A DNA stretch of 63,980 bases, filler included, from Peribolospora baueri (Eukaryota), in assembly GCA_029717555.1 (NCBI GenBank). It is 8 parts of 8 records of this genome, joined end to end, with 100 filler letters (N's around TTAATTAATTAA, not from the genome) between each part and the next. Parts side by side here need not be neighbours in the genome. Positions count along the whole stretch, not along the records: positions 9,260 to 18,059 come from JAMDHS010000183.1; positions 18,160 to 26,945 come from JAMDHS010000184.1; 6 more parts are not named here. One strand, 5' to 3'. A program made the position numbers and the translations under genes. The notes beneath the pieces were generated by a model. It was given only the letters and a program-made list of their open reading frames with translations, made no database searches and was not told where the DNA came from. Positions 9,400 through 22,729 of the stretch are shown one piece after another (the first letter of the stretch is position 1; the number at the start of each line of letters is the position of its first letter).

Positions 9400-12304
9400 C
9401 GGCAGCCAAGCAAGACGTGCACTGGAAGCGGAAGCGAAGGGGAAAACGGCACGGCACGGCCCATCGTGAGTCGATTCGCTCCACCCCGCGGACGCTGGAT
9501 GCGCAGCATGTCGCGCGACGCGGACGACCCGCGCCTGCTCACCTTTTTGTTCCTGAACAAATAAAGCCGACTGCCCTGCACGACGATCCACCTCAGCTTC
9601 CACACGCCCAACCCGGCTTTTTGGACCTTTGCAGACGCGGAGCGGGCCTTGAAGACGTAAAAATAGCCGTCGAAGTAGGGTTGGACGTATTGGTGGTGAG
9701 GGATGCGCACGTACTCGGATCGAGGGTGGAGCTGCGGTCCGGTCCGGTCCGGTGCCCGAATCGGAACGAGGAACGAGGACGATGAGAGGGACGGAGATGA
9801 GTGGAGGGAGCGAGCAAGGAAGAACATCGTCTCTATCTACGCGGCCCGCGAGAGAAAAATTCACCTCAAAGAGCTCGAAAGGCCTGGTGCGCGCGGCAGC
9901 GACCGTGCGCCATTCGTCCATGAGGTGACCCTAAGGAGAGAAGGGAGGATGAGATGGAAACGTCGCCGCGCGAGCACGCGAGAGGGGCAGGAAGGAAGAA
10001 ACGCACGTTGGAGAAGGAATAGACGCCAAAAGAGTTTGAATTTACGCCGCGGCGACGGGACGGGGTGTCACCCTTCCTCGTCCCTACCACCTTTTCTAAC
10101 GACGCGGTCGGCGCGACGCGCCGTGGTTGCGGTTGTGAAGAGGCCGTCGTTGTCGTTGTCGTTGTCGTCGCCGTCGTCGTCGGTTCGGATTTCGCCATCG
10201 GAGCCCGTGGAAGTGGTGGCGCCGTCTGCGCCGCGGCGGGGGCGGCGGCCCGCGGCGTCGAGCTGAACACGACCGTCTCGTCTCCTGCGCCTTGCTCATC
10301 GCACTCTTCCTCCTCTTCCCCTTCCCCTTGTTCTCCCTCCTCCCCTTCGCCTTCCCCTTTTTCTCCACCTTCTCCTCCCTCCTCGCTCTCCCAGTAACCA
10401 GGACCCGGAATCGTAGCAGCGGTGTCGGCGACAGCGAGCGCAATCTTCGCCCTTTCCCTGGGGTTAGGTAAGGAAAAGTTAGGCGGAGAGCGCGATAGAC
10501 TCTCGTCGGGCGTTTCCTCGGCGCCTCCGCCGACGCCGAGGGATAGGGACGGGGAGGCAAAAAGACCCAAAGGCGAGCAAGAATTGGCTACCGCTCGTTC
10601 TCGTTCGCTAGGCTCGTCGCCGTCGCCGTCGCCGTCGTCGACGAAGGATAAGTCCGTGTCAGAGTATGCGTAGCCGCCGTTGAACAACTCGTCTCCTACG
10701 CCTGCGCCCTCGCCTCCGAGCACGAGCACGGGCGAGGGAAAAGGCGACCCCTCTCCGTCCCTTTCGGCCGCGAGATGGGTCCAAATCTCTCCGTCGCCCC
10801 ATTCGTTGTTTTCTAAGCGCAGACGGACTTGGTCGGAGCTGGCTGTGGGGTGCGGATGGGGGGAGCGACGACGATGACGATGGCCGCCGGGTCGTGTCGT
10901 CGAGGGCGACCGGTCAAACGGCTGTTGACCGGGGACGGGGACGGGGACGGGCGCGCTCCCGCTTTGGCCTTGCCAATGCGCGTTTGGAGACCAGTGGGCG
11001 GTTGCTTTGGGCATGTTGTCGTCGTCGTCGTCGCTGGCTTCCAAGGGGAGAGCGAGGGAGACGAGGCTAGCCACGCTGCTGCTCGGACTCGGACTCGGAC
11101 TCGTGCGGGCCATTCCAGCGCCAGTCTGGGCAACTCTGCTCAACAGCGACGATGAGGACCTCTTCTTCCCTTCCTGTTCCCCATCCACGCCCACCGCCGT
11201 CGCCGTCATAAGCCCCGCGGCGGCCGGCGGCTTGGGAGAGGAGACGTGTTCGGTGGGCACGGTGGAGATGCTAATGATGGAGCGGGCGTCGAAGGAGGAG
11301 GAAGAGACGGAGGCGCTGATCAGCGACGAGGGCGTCTCGGCGCGCGGCGCCGTAACCCGCTCTAGGTCGAGACCGAGACCGAGGCCGGCTGAGTCTTCCT
11401 CGGCGTCGGACGCGGGCAAGGCGGCGGGATGGAGGCGAGGAGTGGGCCCAGACGAGAGGGGTTCTACATCACCGGACGATTGTGCAGCCGGCGGTCGTCC
11501 GGAAAAGGAGGTAGGGAGGGCGCTCCTGAGATTGGTCAAGCTGGCGCGCACTCGAGGCGTGGGCTGTTGAGGTTGTGGTTGTGGTTGTGGGCGGTGAGAG
11601 TGCGCACGTTGACGGAGGGGATCGGAGGCGGTGGTGTAAGAGACGGTCAAGGGCGCGAATGTGGGGGACGTGGGGGCGTCGGAGGGAGAAGAAAGGGCGG
11701 ACGGAGCGGCGGGGGCGGCCAAGAGGCGGAACGAAGAAGCGGCGGAGGAAGCGCCGGTAGTGGTCCTGTCTTTGCGTCCCCTCCGACTGATGCCCCAACT
11801 GACGCTCCGTGACATGGGCGTCGTCCCTCCGCTCCCCTCTGACGGCGGTGGACCGCTCCCCTCTGACGGCGGGGCAGACGCATGTCGAGAAAGGGCGCGG
11901 GTAATGCCGATGAGTTTGGGCGGGGGGGCGGCGGACCTTCGGGAGGGGACGGTTGGAGCGACGGCTGGGGCGAGAGGGGATTTTGGCATCATGGCTATGA
12001 AGGCCTTTGGAACGGTGAAAGGGAGACAGGGATGATGGACGTCACTCTTTGCGTCCTTTCCCGCCTTGTACTGCTTCTCGACGGCGGCTACTTGGGCAGA
12101 CGTAAAGTCGACGTCGAGAGGCATGCCCATCTTGCGGAGCACATCTTCCTTGACGTCGTGGAAGGTGGCCATGACGGGGACGCGAGTGCGGATCCAGACG
12201 TCGCGGGAGACTAGGCGGAAGACGAGGGGGATCTCGGAGGATCCGCCGTAGCTGTCAGATGAGGATGAGGGGGGCCCGATGGTGCTGGGCGGGAGGGAGT
12301 GCAT
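9400..12304 (-). CDS. Multi-exon, Ser/Pro-rich protein with a C-terminal PH-like domain (3' end unresolved)
   Basis: 812-aa ORF 9866..12304. Downstream exons read MDEWRTVAAARTRPFELFE and YFDGYFYVFK...GVWKLRWIVVQGSRLYLFRNK (PH-like beta strands). Confidence 0.6.
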
Positions 12305-14024
12305 GGCGGGTAGAAGGGGCGTTGTGTGCTGTGTGGGCGACGGTTACGGCGGAGGAGTCGGACAGGGCGGGGGAAGCATCAGAGCATGGCAGGGCAGGGG
12401 TCGCTGGGATAGAGCGAGGAAGCGATGAGACTGGGCGGAAGCTGTTGAGTGTTTGTCCTTATCGTCTCGTCGGCGTCCGTCTTATTTGTCTCTCGTCTTC
12501 CTTCCCCTTCGTCTCCGCGTCGTCGTCGTCGTCGTCGTCGTCGTAGTCGTAGTCGGTCTGGCGGGCGAGGGCGGTGGAAGATGGGATGAAGGAGAGAAGA
12601 GCGACGAGCCGAAGTCCGTTCGTTCGGAAAGGGAACCCGCGCGGCGGGCCGGCCTGGGTTCGTGCGAGGGAGGCGTGGGAGTGCGGGCTCGGCTCGTGGC
12701 AATGCTTCTCCGCACAGCCGCGCATGATAGATAGATCGGCGGGGGCCCGGAAGCAAAGCGCGGAGCGTGTGGGTCGGTCGTGCGCCACGAAAGAAGAGGT
12801 TGGAGGGTTCGGTAGGGCGATGCGATGCGATGTGATGTGGTGTGGTGTGGTGCGATATGAGACGATACGATCGAAGACGGTGGTGGAGGCGAAGGAGGCG
12901 GCCGTCGTCGACGGACCTCGCCGGCTGGGACGGGGAGAGGCGACCGACCGATAGACGACGACGACGACGACGGGACGCGACGTCGGGCGTGGGCGTCGGA
13001 CGACGGCCTGAAAGCGAAGACTCGAGAGCCGAAAGCCGACAAGAAACAGCATGTGACTGAGATGAGCTTAGCTTAGTCAGAGAGCCTAGACTAAGTCCGA
13101 GCTGAGCTAGTGGCCGACCAGCGGACGAAAAGATGCTTTCGGTATTCGCTATTCACTACCACCACACCACGTACGTACGTAACTGATATGCGCACTCGCT
13201 AGCCGAGGTCTGCACAGGCCACGCCGTGGCTTGCTTTGCTTGGCCTAGGTCATGGGAACACGCCACCAGCAGACGCAGGTACCACAGCCGAGTTCGGCGT
13301 GGCCGTGGCCGTTGCGAGGCGGGGCGAGGCGAGGGGAAGGAGTCAACAAAGGCGGAGGAGCGAACTTGTTGTTGCTGGACGCCACTCGCTCGCTCGCTTC
13401 GTTGGCGCCTGCTTGGTACTTGCATGTGTAGGTACAGAACATTCAAGCCGGGCTGGATTCAGCCAGGCGTCTGCGGGGTAACGGCGACGGAGATGGCGAA
13501 GAGGAGATCCGCGCCATTGATGATCGTCCCCGCATCTTCCTCCATCCTCATCCGGCCAGCCGCTACTCACCGCGGGCCTCCGCATGTCGTCGCTCATCGA
13601 AGCCGCCGCAGCCGCCGCTTTCTTATTTCCACGCCCACTCCCATCTGCGTCTACGTCTGCGTTTGCGTCTGCGTCTGCGTCTGCATCTGCATCTGCGTCC
13701 TTGTTAGCCGCCCTGAGCGCATACACGCCCCTTCCAGTCCGCGCCCATAAAACCGGAAGACGGGCGCCACATCGAGCTCACCTCTTCTCCTTCCTACCCG
13801 TCCCTCCTTCTCTCCTCCCCATTCCCCCATCCTTCCCTCCTTGTCCCCCCACCTTCCTTTCCTCTCCCCCCCAGCCACGTTCACGTTCTTTACGCAGGCA
13901 CCCCCCCACGGAATACCCACTCCGTCAAGGACAGGACAGGACAGTCGACGCCAAGCTCAGGAAGAAAGAAAGAAACAAAAAAAAAGGTAGAAACGCAGAA
14001 ACGCAGAAACGCAGCGCAACAACA

Positions 14025-17000
14025 ATGCAGCTCTCCACCTCGCTCACCGCCGTCCTTCTCGGCCTCCTCACCACCGGCTTCGCCGCCGCCGACGTACCCT
14101 CCTCCGCCCTCCCCTCCGGCTTCTACACCCGCCCCGAACCCGTCCCCGCCCGCGCCGCCACCTCCGCAGCCGCCCCCGCCGCCGCCGGCGCGACCAACCA
14201 ACCCAAGGGCCATGTTCTCCACGCTCCAGCCAACGGACAGCAGACCGCCGTCTCTTCCTCCGCCTCGGCTTCGCCCCAGCGCCTCTTTGTCGCCGAGCCT
14301 TCTGCCTCCTCTTACTCCGCCGCTCGCGTAGCCAGGCCCTCCAAGCACGGTAACGCGGCGACGAGCACCGGCTCCTCCTCCTCCTCCGCCACCTCGTCTT
14401 CCAGCGCCTCCGCCGCCAACCCCTCCGCCACCGGCGGCTACGGCACCTCGCCCCCCTTCTACCCGTCTCCTCCCGCCGCCGGCACGGGCGACTGGGCCAC
14501 TGCGGTGGCCAAAGCAAAGGCCTGGCTCCAGAGCTGGACGATCGAGGAAAAGGCCGGCCTCGCTACCGGCGTCGGATGGCAGCGCGGCCGCTGCGTCGGC
14601 AACATCGCCTCCAACTCGCGCGGCTTCCCCGGCCTCTGTCTTGAAGATTCGCCCCTCGGCGTGCGCTTCGCTGACCTCGTCACCGTCTTCCCCGCCGGTA
14701 TCACCGTCGCCTCCACCTTTGACCGCTCGCTCATCGAGAAGAGGGGCGTCGCTATGGGACAAGAGTTCCGCGGAAAGGGCGTCAACGTCCAGCTCGGCCC
14801 CATGATGAACATAGGAAGGGTCGCCGCTGGCGGCCGTAACTGGGAGGGTGGGTAGTGGATAGATAGAAATGTGTTTCGCCTCACCGCTCACCCTCCGTTC
14901 CGTCTTCGCTCCCTCGCGCCGGCCCCCAGGCTTCGGCGCCGACCCTTACCTCTCCGGAGAGGCCGCCTTCTACACCGTCCAGGGCATCCAGTCCGCCGGC
15001 GTCCAGGCCACCGCCAAGCACTACATCAACAACGAGCAGGAGCACTACCGCACCGCCGAGTCGTCCAACGTCGACGCCCGCACCCAGCGCGAGATCTACG
15101 TCCACCCTTTCCTACGCTCCGTTCAAGCCGGCGTCGCTTCCGTCATGTGCTCATACAACCAGGAAAACAACTCGTACGCGTGCCAGAATTCGGAGATGCT
15201 CAACCGCGTCCTCAAGACCGAGCTCGGCTTCCAGGGTTACGTCATGAGCGACTGGGGCGCCACCATGTCCGGCGTCGCCTCTGTCAACGCCGGCCTCGAC
15301 ATGACCATGCCCGGCGACGTCTACTGTGCGTCTCCTGCATGCTCTTTTGTCCTCTATACCGTCGCCTCGTGCTGAGCCTTCTCTCTCTTCATTCATGCAG
15401 GCTGCTACCTCCAAAACGGAAGCTACTTTGGCGGAAACCTCACCCAGGCAGTCCAGAACGGCTCCGTCTCCGAGGCTCGCCTCGACGACATGGCCACCCG
15501 CATCCTCGCCGCTTGGTACAAGCTTGGCCAGGATCAGAATTATCCTTCTGTCAACTTTAACGTGAGTCTGGCGCGTCCGGCGGTTGACGAGGAGGAGGGA
15601 GGGACGGCCGATCGATCCTTCGTTTCGCTCCTCAGGCCTTCAACGCAACGGACCCGGCGACAAATGAGCACGTCAACGTTCAGGCCGATCACGCACAGGT
15701 CGTTCGTGCCATTGGTGAGTGGGCTCTTTCGTACATCACCCCACCTACGTGAGCTTACCATCTCGCTCCCAAAGACGTCGCTGGTACGGTCCTGCTCAAG
15801 AACAAGAACAAGGCCCTCCCCCTCGGCAAGCCCAACCGCGTAGCCCTAATAGGCTCGGACGCTGGCCCGTCGCCGGACGGACCTAACTACTTTGCCGACC
15901 GCGGTGGCGACGAAGGCGTCCTCGGCGAAGGTTGGGGAAGCGGTACGGCAGACTACTCCTACCTCATCTCTCCCTACGAGGCTATCCAGTCCCATGTCCA
16001 GGCCGAAGGTACCGAGGTATCGTGGTACTTTGATGATTGGAATTTGTCCGGTGCTCAGCAGGCTGCTGCCAATGCCGACGTTGCTATCGTCTTTGTCAAT
16101 TCGGATAGCGGAGAGGGTTACATCACGGTTGTCAGTAGTCCCGGTCGTCCAGAGTCCTTTTTTTTTTTCGTGTTGCCGCGCTCGCTGACAGCCGCCCCCC
16201 TTCGTACCCGGACTACCCGGACAGGACGGAAACGCGGGAGACAGGAACAACCTGACGGCGTGGAACAACGGCGACAACCTAGTGAACGCCGTGGCATCGG
16301 CAAACAAGAACACCATCGTCGTCGTCCACTCTGTTGGGCCGTTGATCGTCGAGCCTTGGATCGACAACAGCAACGTGAGCGCCGTCTTGTGGGCCAACCT
16401 GCAGGGCGAAGACAGTGGCAACGCGCTGGTCGACATCCTCTACGGCAACGTTAGTCCCTCCGGTCGTCTTCCGTACACGATCGCCAAGCAGCGCTCCGAC
16501 TACCCTGCAGACGTGATCTACGAGTCGTCCGAGACGAGCCCGCAGATCTACTACAATGAGGGCCTTCTCGTCGATTACCGCTGGTTCGACGCTAAGAACA
16601 TGACCCCGCGCTTCGAGTTTGGATACGGTCTGAGCTACTCTTCGTTCAAGTACTCCAACCTCAAAGTGACCCCCAAGGGATCGTGGACAAAGGCGACGGC
16701 GGCGCAGACGATGAACGCAAAGTGGGGCGGCGCGACGGTCGGGAACGGCCTACCGTCGTGGCTCTTCGACGTGGCGTACCAGATCACCTTTTCGGTTCGC
16801 AACGTCGGCGGCGTAGACGCCAACGAGGTCGGACAACTTTACATCGGATTCCCCGCTTCGTCTGGGGAGCCGCCCAAGGTTCTCAAGGGCTTTGATCGCA
16901 AGCTTATCAAGGTTGGCTCTTCGGCTACGTTTACCCTCAACCTCACGTACTACGACGTGTCTGTCTATGACGCTGCCTCGGCTAGGTGGATCAGGCCTGA

Positions 17001-17145
17001 GGGCGACTATGAGGGTGAGTCTCGGGAAGAAAAAGAAGGAAAGAAGCTTGGCGTTCCTGCCTGACCTTGTCGCCTCCTCCATCTTACAGTCTACATCGGC
17101 GCCTCCTCGCGCGACATCCGCCTCACCGGCCCACTGGACAAGTGA
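14025..17145 (+). CDS. Secreted glycoside hydrolase family 3 beta-glucosidase (multi-exon)
   Basis: Signal peptide, [33 protein letters not shown] (nucleophile), NSDSGEGY (acid/base), SPSGRLPYT, and an FnIII-like EPPKVLKGF...[14 protein letters not shown] introns. Confidence 0.95.
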
Positions 17146-17469
17146 ATATGCGTTTCCCCTCCTCTCCTTTCTTCCCGCATCTTGGAAAAAAGGAAGAAGG
17201 GACGGGACGGCCTTTCCTTTTGACCCATAAGCCTTCCTTCTATACCCTAGTGCCCCTTCCTCCCTTTCACACTTCTTGTCTATCTGTCCGTCTGTCCTTC
17301 CGTCCGATCGTCCGTCTATACTCTACGTACACACGGCCACCCTACCTACCTACCTATCAACGCACGTCTCCATCCCTCCATCCATCCCTCTTGGAAGACG
17401 CGCCGCGCCGCGCCGCTGCTCGAATGGGAAGGACGAAACGAAATTGCCCCGATCTGGCTGTGGTGGAAT

Positions 17470-17850
17470 ACGTGCGTGCGTGCGTGCGTGACAGACAGAC
17501 AGACAAATAAACAGACAGACAGACAGACAGGTACGAAACGACGACGACGACGACGACGACGCGCCCTCTTTCTCTTTCTTTTTCTATCTCTATGTGTCTC
17601 GTGTCTCGTGTCCTCGCCATCCGGGCGTACGTGTGCCGATCGTTCGTTCGTTCGTTCGTTCGTTCGTTCGTTCGTTCGTTCGTTCTCTCCTTCCTTCCCT
17701 TCCCTGCCTCACGGATCGACAGGTTCGATTCGATTTCGACGCGCATGGTACATGGTATACGGCATACGACACGGCATACGGCTCACGGCACACGCACACG
17801 CACACGGCACAGGCACAGGCACAGGATACGATACGATACGATAGGATACG
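17470..17850. repeat. Microsatellite cluster (GCGT, CAGA, ACG, TTCG, GATAC)
   Basis: Short tandem repeats are directly visible. Confidence 0.9.
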
Positions 17851-18420
17851 ACGGGGACGGACGTGCGTAGCACAAGAAGAAGAAAAAAAAAAGCACAGAG
17901 AAAGCAGAAGAGCCTTTGAGCAGGAGCAGAAGCCTTACCATCTCCATCTTTCCTCGACACAGGCACACGCCAGGATCGATCGCGCGTTCGAGAACACTGG
18001 AACAGAACATAAAAAGCAATATAACCCAAGACGACGGACGGAAACCCAAGACGACGGACNNNNNNNNNNNNNNNNNNNNNNNNNNNNNNNNNNNNNNNNN
18101 NNNTTAATTAATTAANNNNNNNNNNNNNNNNNNNNNNNNNNNNNNNNNNNNNNNNNNNNCCCCCACCCCCACCACCTCTCTCTCTCCCCCCCTTTCCCCC
18201 CCTCTCCCCCCCTTTCCCCCCCCCTTTCCGCCCTCCCTCCTCCCGTCTCCCGTTTGCCCACCTGGCCCCCATTGCCGACCGCCCTGCGTCCCTTCCCCGC
18301 CTCGCCGGGTGATCACTTTGCGCCAGCTCACTCGACGATCACCCCATAGCATACCGATTGGGCCGGCGCGCACCGACGGACGGACAGACGGACAGACGGA
18401 CGGACGACGAGACAGGTCAC

Positions 18421-21211
18421 ATGGGCAAGGGAAAGGGAAACAACGCTCGCGGGGCGCAGGCCGGAAGGAGGAAGCCACAGACGATGCAGACAGGTGAGCC
18501 GTCCAAGGGGCGAAGGGATAGAAGGAGGGCGATGGGAACTCTGTCAAGGCGATAAAGGGCGCAGCGCCTCGGCGAGAATGTTCTGCATGCTGTCCGTTCC
18601 CGCTTGTCGTTCTCAGCCGTCTCTGCTTCCCGTCGGACGTTTCTCCCGTGTCTCTTGCCTGCCTCTTATCTTCAATTTCTCTTTATTCATACGCTTCCAG
18701 GACGATCAAAGACACGAAGAGATAAGCCAATTGTGAGTGTTCCGTGGCGGAGAACCCGTAAGGCTCGCTTTCCGGGACACGTCGCCTTGCTGACTTGCTT
18801 CCTTCCGATGCATTCCATTTCTCACTCCGACCATCCTCCAAAGCTCGCGAATGGCCTCGGAGATGAGAGGGACCTCAAGGCGCAACTGGCGAGCATAGGC
18901 TTGTACGCCGCCAATACGCTTGGCGATGGAAATTGTCTCTTCCGGTGAGGCGCATTACCTAGCTGAGAACGCGCAGGGAGAAACTCGCCTTGGGGCGGGG
19001 TCGGGGCGAGGCCGGTGCATGAGCTGGACGGGTAGTGCAGTCCCGTCGGAGAGAGGAGATCAGGACGCTCACCCCCATCTCCCCTTTCCGTCTCTCCCTG
19101 CGCTCCACAGCGCCCTCTCCGATCAGCTCTACGGTGCACCAAACCACCATCTCACCCTCCGATCAGAGGTATGTGACTATCTCGCGGCCCACAAGGAGAA
19201 GTACGCCGCTTTCGTCGACGATCGGCCGTTTGAAGATTACGTCCGCGTCATGAGGGAGTCCGGTGAGCTCTTCCATCTATCTTCTCTCCACATGCTGCGT
19301 CGTCCGACTCAACCTGACACTCGACGAGTCCTTTCACTGCGGACGACTCGCAGGCACCTACGGCGGCCACCTCGAGCTGTCCGCGTTCGCCCACCTCAAA
19401 GGCCGACCAATCAAGGTGATCCAACCGCAGCTGGTGTACGTGGTGAGCGGAGTCGACGAGTCGCCGTCGGCGGTGCGCAAGCGGGAGGACGAGGAGCGTC
19501 GAGCGGCCAAAGCGGCTGCGCGCGGGGAGGAAGGAACAAGGGGGAAGCCCTTGAGCTCCCGAGAGCAGAGGAAGAAAAGGAGGGAGGAGTCTGCTAAGGC
19601 TGAGCGTGCGATGACCGCCGGTGCCGCCGCCACGACGGGGGAACCGGCGCCGGTGACGCCTGGGAAGAAAGGCAAGGAGAAAGCCGTCGACGCTTCCGAT
19701 GACGAGGGTGCCGGCGACGACGACGACGACGACAAGGCACCCGTTTACATCGCCTATCACAACTGGGAACACTATAGCTCCGTGCGCAACGTTGCTGGGC
19801 CTCATGTCGGTTTGCCCAAAGTCCGCGAGGTAAGTTTTTGCGTTCCCCGTTCGATCGTGCTTTCTACCCTCCCGTCGGAACGTCGAAGTGACGTTTTTCT
19901 CTCCCTTTGCTGTGTCTACCACTTCGCCTCCAGCAACGCAATGCCGCATCGCCCTGCGTTAGGCCAGGACGAGATGTTTCGAAAGCCAAGGCAGCAGCGC
20001 ATGGCATCGCGAATGGAAGAGATAGACGCGTTTCAGTTCGACACGCGGAGGTGGTGTCGGACTCGGAGGAAGAATGGGACGACGATGGAAACGCGTCGTC
20101 CAGTTCTCTCAGCAGTGGTATCGAGGAGGACGAGGAAGAAGGGGTGGAGGCGGCAGAGCCACAAACGGATCAGGAAAAGATCATCATGGCTTCCGTGCCC
20201 GGGCACGGTCTTTCGGAGGTGAGGCGGTGGATGACGAAGATGGGCGGTGACGCGGACAAGGTGATCGAGGTGCTCATTGAGCGCGATCGGGCGGAGGACG
20301 TGGAGGCCGAGCGGGCCGGAGAGGCCGGCGAGGCGTCGCGGAGCCACCGACGCCAGGGCCATGCGAGCGCGGACGGGGGCGAGAAGCAGGGTATGTCGTT
20401 ACCGCCTCCGACGGCGGCGGCGACGGCGGCCGCGCTGCGCGCTTCGCTCCACGCCTGGCGTTCGACCTCTCCCGTTTCCTCGACAGCGTCTGGCGCGACC
20501 GGCGCGAGCAACACGACCGCACCGAGCCTCTCGGGCTCGCAGTTCAGCACGAATGCCACGAGCTCGCCCGAGCATGGGAACTCGCCCGCTCCGCTCGAAG
20601 CCGGTGCCGGTGCCGGTACCTGTGGCGCCGGCCACGCACGAGGGATGTTGTTGGCCGGCGGCACTGGTGACAAGGGTAAGGGCAAGCGCTTGGGCGAGGA
20701 GTCAGACCGGGACGACGGGGCGACGAAGCGCAAGTCGAGCTCTCCCGAAACGGCGTGGGATCGTGAGCTGGTCCCTTGCTCTTCGCCCCTGGCTCGACCG
20801 CCCGAGCAGGACGATGACGTCGGGGAGGAGGATGATGGGGAGGATGGGCCGTCGCCGTCGCCGTTGCTATCACCGTCACCGTCACCGTCACCTCTGGTGG
20901 CCGCCACCGCCGGCGCGAACGGCGCTCCCTCGCCCGCCGCTCGATCCAAGTCGGCGTCGGCGACTACGACTCGGACAAAGCTCAGCACACCTTCAGCGGC
21001 CATCGCAGCGGCCACAGCCGCACAAGGCCGACGGCTGACGGCCAAGGAGAAGAAGGAGATCCGGGAAGCGGCCAAATGGCAGAAGAGGAGGGAACGAGAC
21101 GTGGCGCTGGCTGCGACGACGGAGAGGAGGACGACGAGGAGCAGGAGCGCGGCCAGGGGACAGGCTCAGGCTCAGGCTGAGGTTAGAGGGTTCCGGGAGC
21201 TTAGGATCTGA
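18421..21211 (+). CDS. OTU-family deubiquitinase (OTUD3-like), multi-exon
   Basis: Catalytic motifs GDGNCLFR/ALSDQLYG, GTYGGHLELSAFA and YIAYHNWEHYSSVR. The start is inferred at MGKGKGKQR. Confidence 0.85.
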
Positions 21212-22729
21212 CGGATGGTGGACGGCGGTGGTATACTATGTGTCTTTCTCTTCTTTTATTCGGTTCTGGCATTTCTTTTTTTGCGCGCACGTCTCGAGGC
21301 GTCTTATTCGGTACTGCCGTCCATCATGGACGGCCCACGATCTTGCACCCACCCACCGACCATTCTCCTCCTTCGGAGAGGGAGGCCACCTTGCATCTCA
21401 TCATCTCTCACTCTCAACGCACAGTTCCGAGCATCTCATCTTATCGCATTCTCATCCCAACATCCCTCCAAGTGGACGCCTCTCTCCATCCATCCATCCC
21501 CTTCTCAGCGGCCCGCCGCATACGCACCCCCTCATCACGGTGTCATGAGCTCCCCCCCCTCACTCGTTCATCTACGCATCTTTTAGATACATTGTCTCTC
21601 CCTTCGTTGTCGTCCATCGTCCATTCATCGTTCATCGTTCATTCGTTCATCATTCATCGTTCATCGTCATCTTCCATCGTCCATCCATCATCGTCCATCT
21701 CCCATCATCCATACCCAGTGATCCTACGGAAAAAGAGGAGGAACGAAATGCGCACATGCGTCACTACGTGGCAAACCCACCACTGTCCCAGTGCTTGACA
21801 CACCGACCGTGAGAGTAAAGGTACAGGGAGGCGTCAGGGTTGGATAGGCTATTGCGTAGTTGACTGCACCGAACACAGGAACCTCCTCGCCCTTACTCTT
21901 GCCCCTGCCCTCGTCACTTTCGTTACCTCGCGACCGTCACCGTCGACGGCTGGTAGTAGTCTTTTGTCCCAGCCACTGCCCCTTCCCCTCCTTCGCTCCT
22001 CCTCCCGTATATTCTGTGAAACACGTGCACGCCTCGCTCCCTTTCCCGCGTTTGGTCCGAGACATCGAAGCAATTAATGCAATCGAAGCAGAGCAAGGCG
22101 GCGAAGGCAAAGTCCTTTCGTACTAATTGTGAATTCCTAATCAGAAGAGAGGGAGAGACAGGGACGACCGGAGGTTAGGTCGGTCAGACGACTTGGATAT
22201 TGGTATTCGGCACGGCACCTCGGCTTGGGTCGTCGGCACCGACGAACGACGACGGCCTGCTCGCAAAGCAAAGCATCCGGACGACGCTCTTCGCGGACGC
22301 TCCTTTCTTCCTCGACGTCGACGTCGATGGTCATGTCGCTGCTCACAAAGCGGCTTGCTCGCCTTAACATACGCCGCTTGCCATTCTCGTTGGCCAACCA
22401 ACATCGCAGCCTCGCCTCTTGCTCTTCGCAGCCCTTCTCTCCTCCGTTCGAACCTCTTCCTCTCCTCTCTTCATATCCTGTCCCCGCCCTCGTAAGCACC
22501 ATCGTGTCGACACTGCCGATCGCCACCGATCTCACCTACCGTCTCCGACTCTTCCCCAATCTCCCCTCCGTCCATTCTCCCTGCGACTGCCAACTATTTG
22601 ATTTGACGTCGCCGTCTCGTTTTTGTCCTTGTCTCTAGCTCGCGGCTGCCGCTGCTCATCTCGTCATCCGCCAAAGGCCCACCCACCCGTCACCTTCCCT
22701 TTTTTTCTTCAGAAGACCTCTCGCCTGCC

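Noticed and set aside
12400..13950. Many overlapping Arg/Ser/Pro-rich ORFs (similarly 17250-18050 and 21215-22650)
   Set aside because: GC-rich, microsatellite-laden intergenic or UTR sequence with no domain signal.
14100..14450. Ser/Ala-rich N-terminal extension of the GH3 enzyme
   Set aside because: Low-complexity linkers are common in secreted fungal glycosidases.
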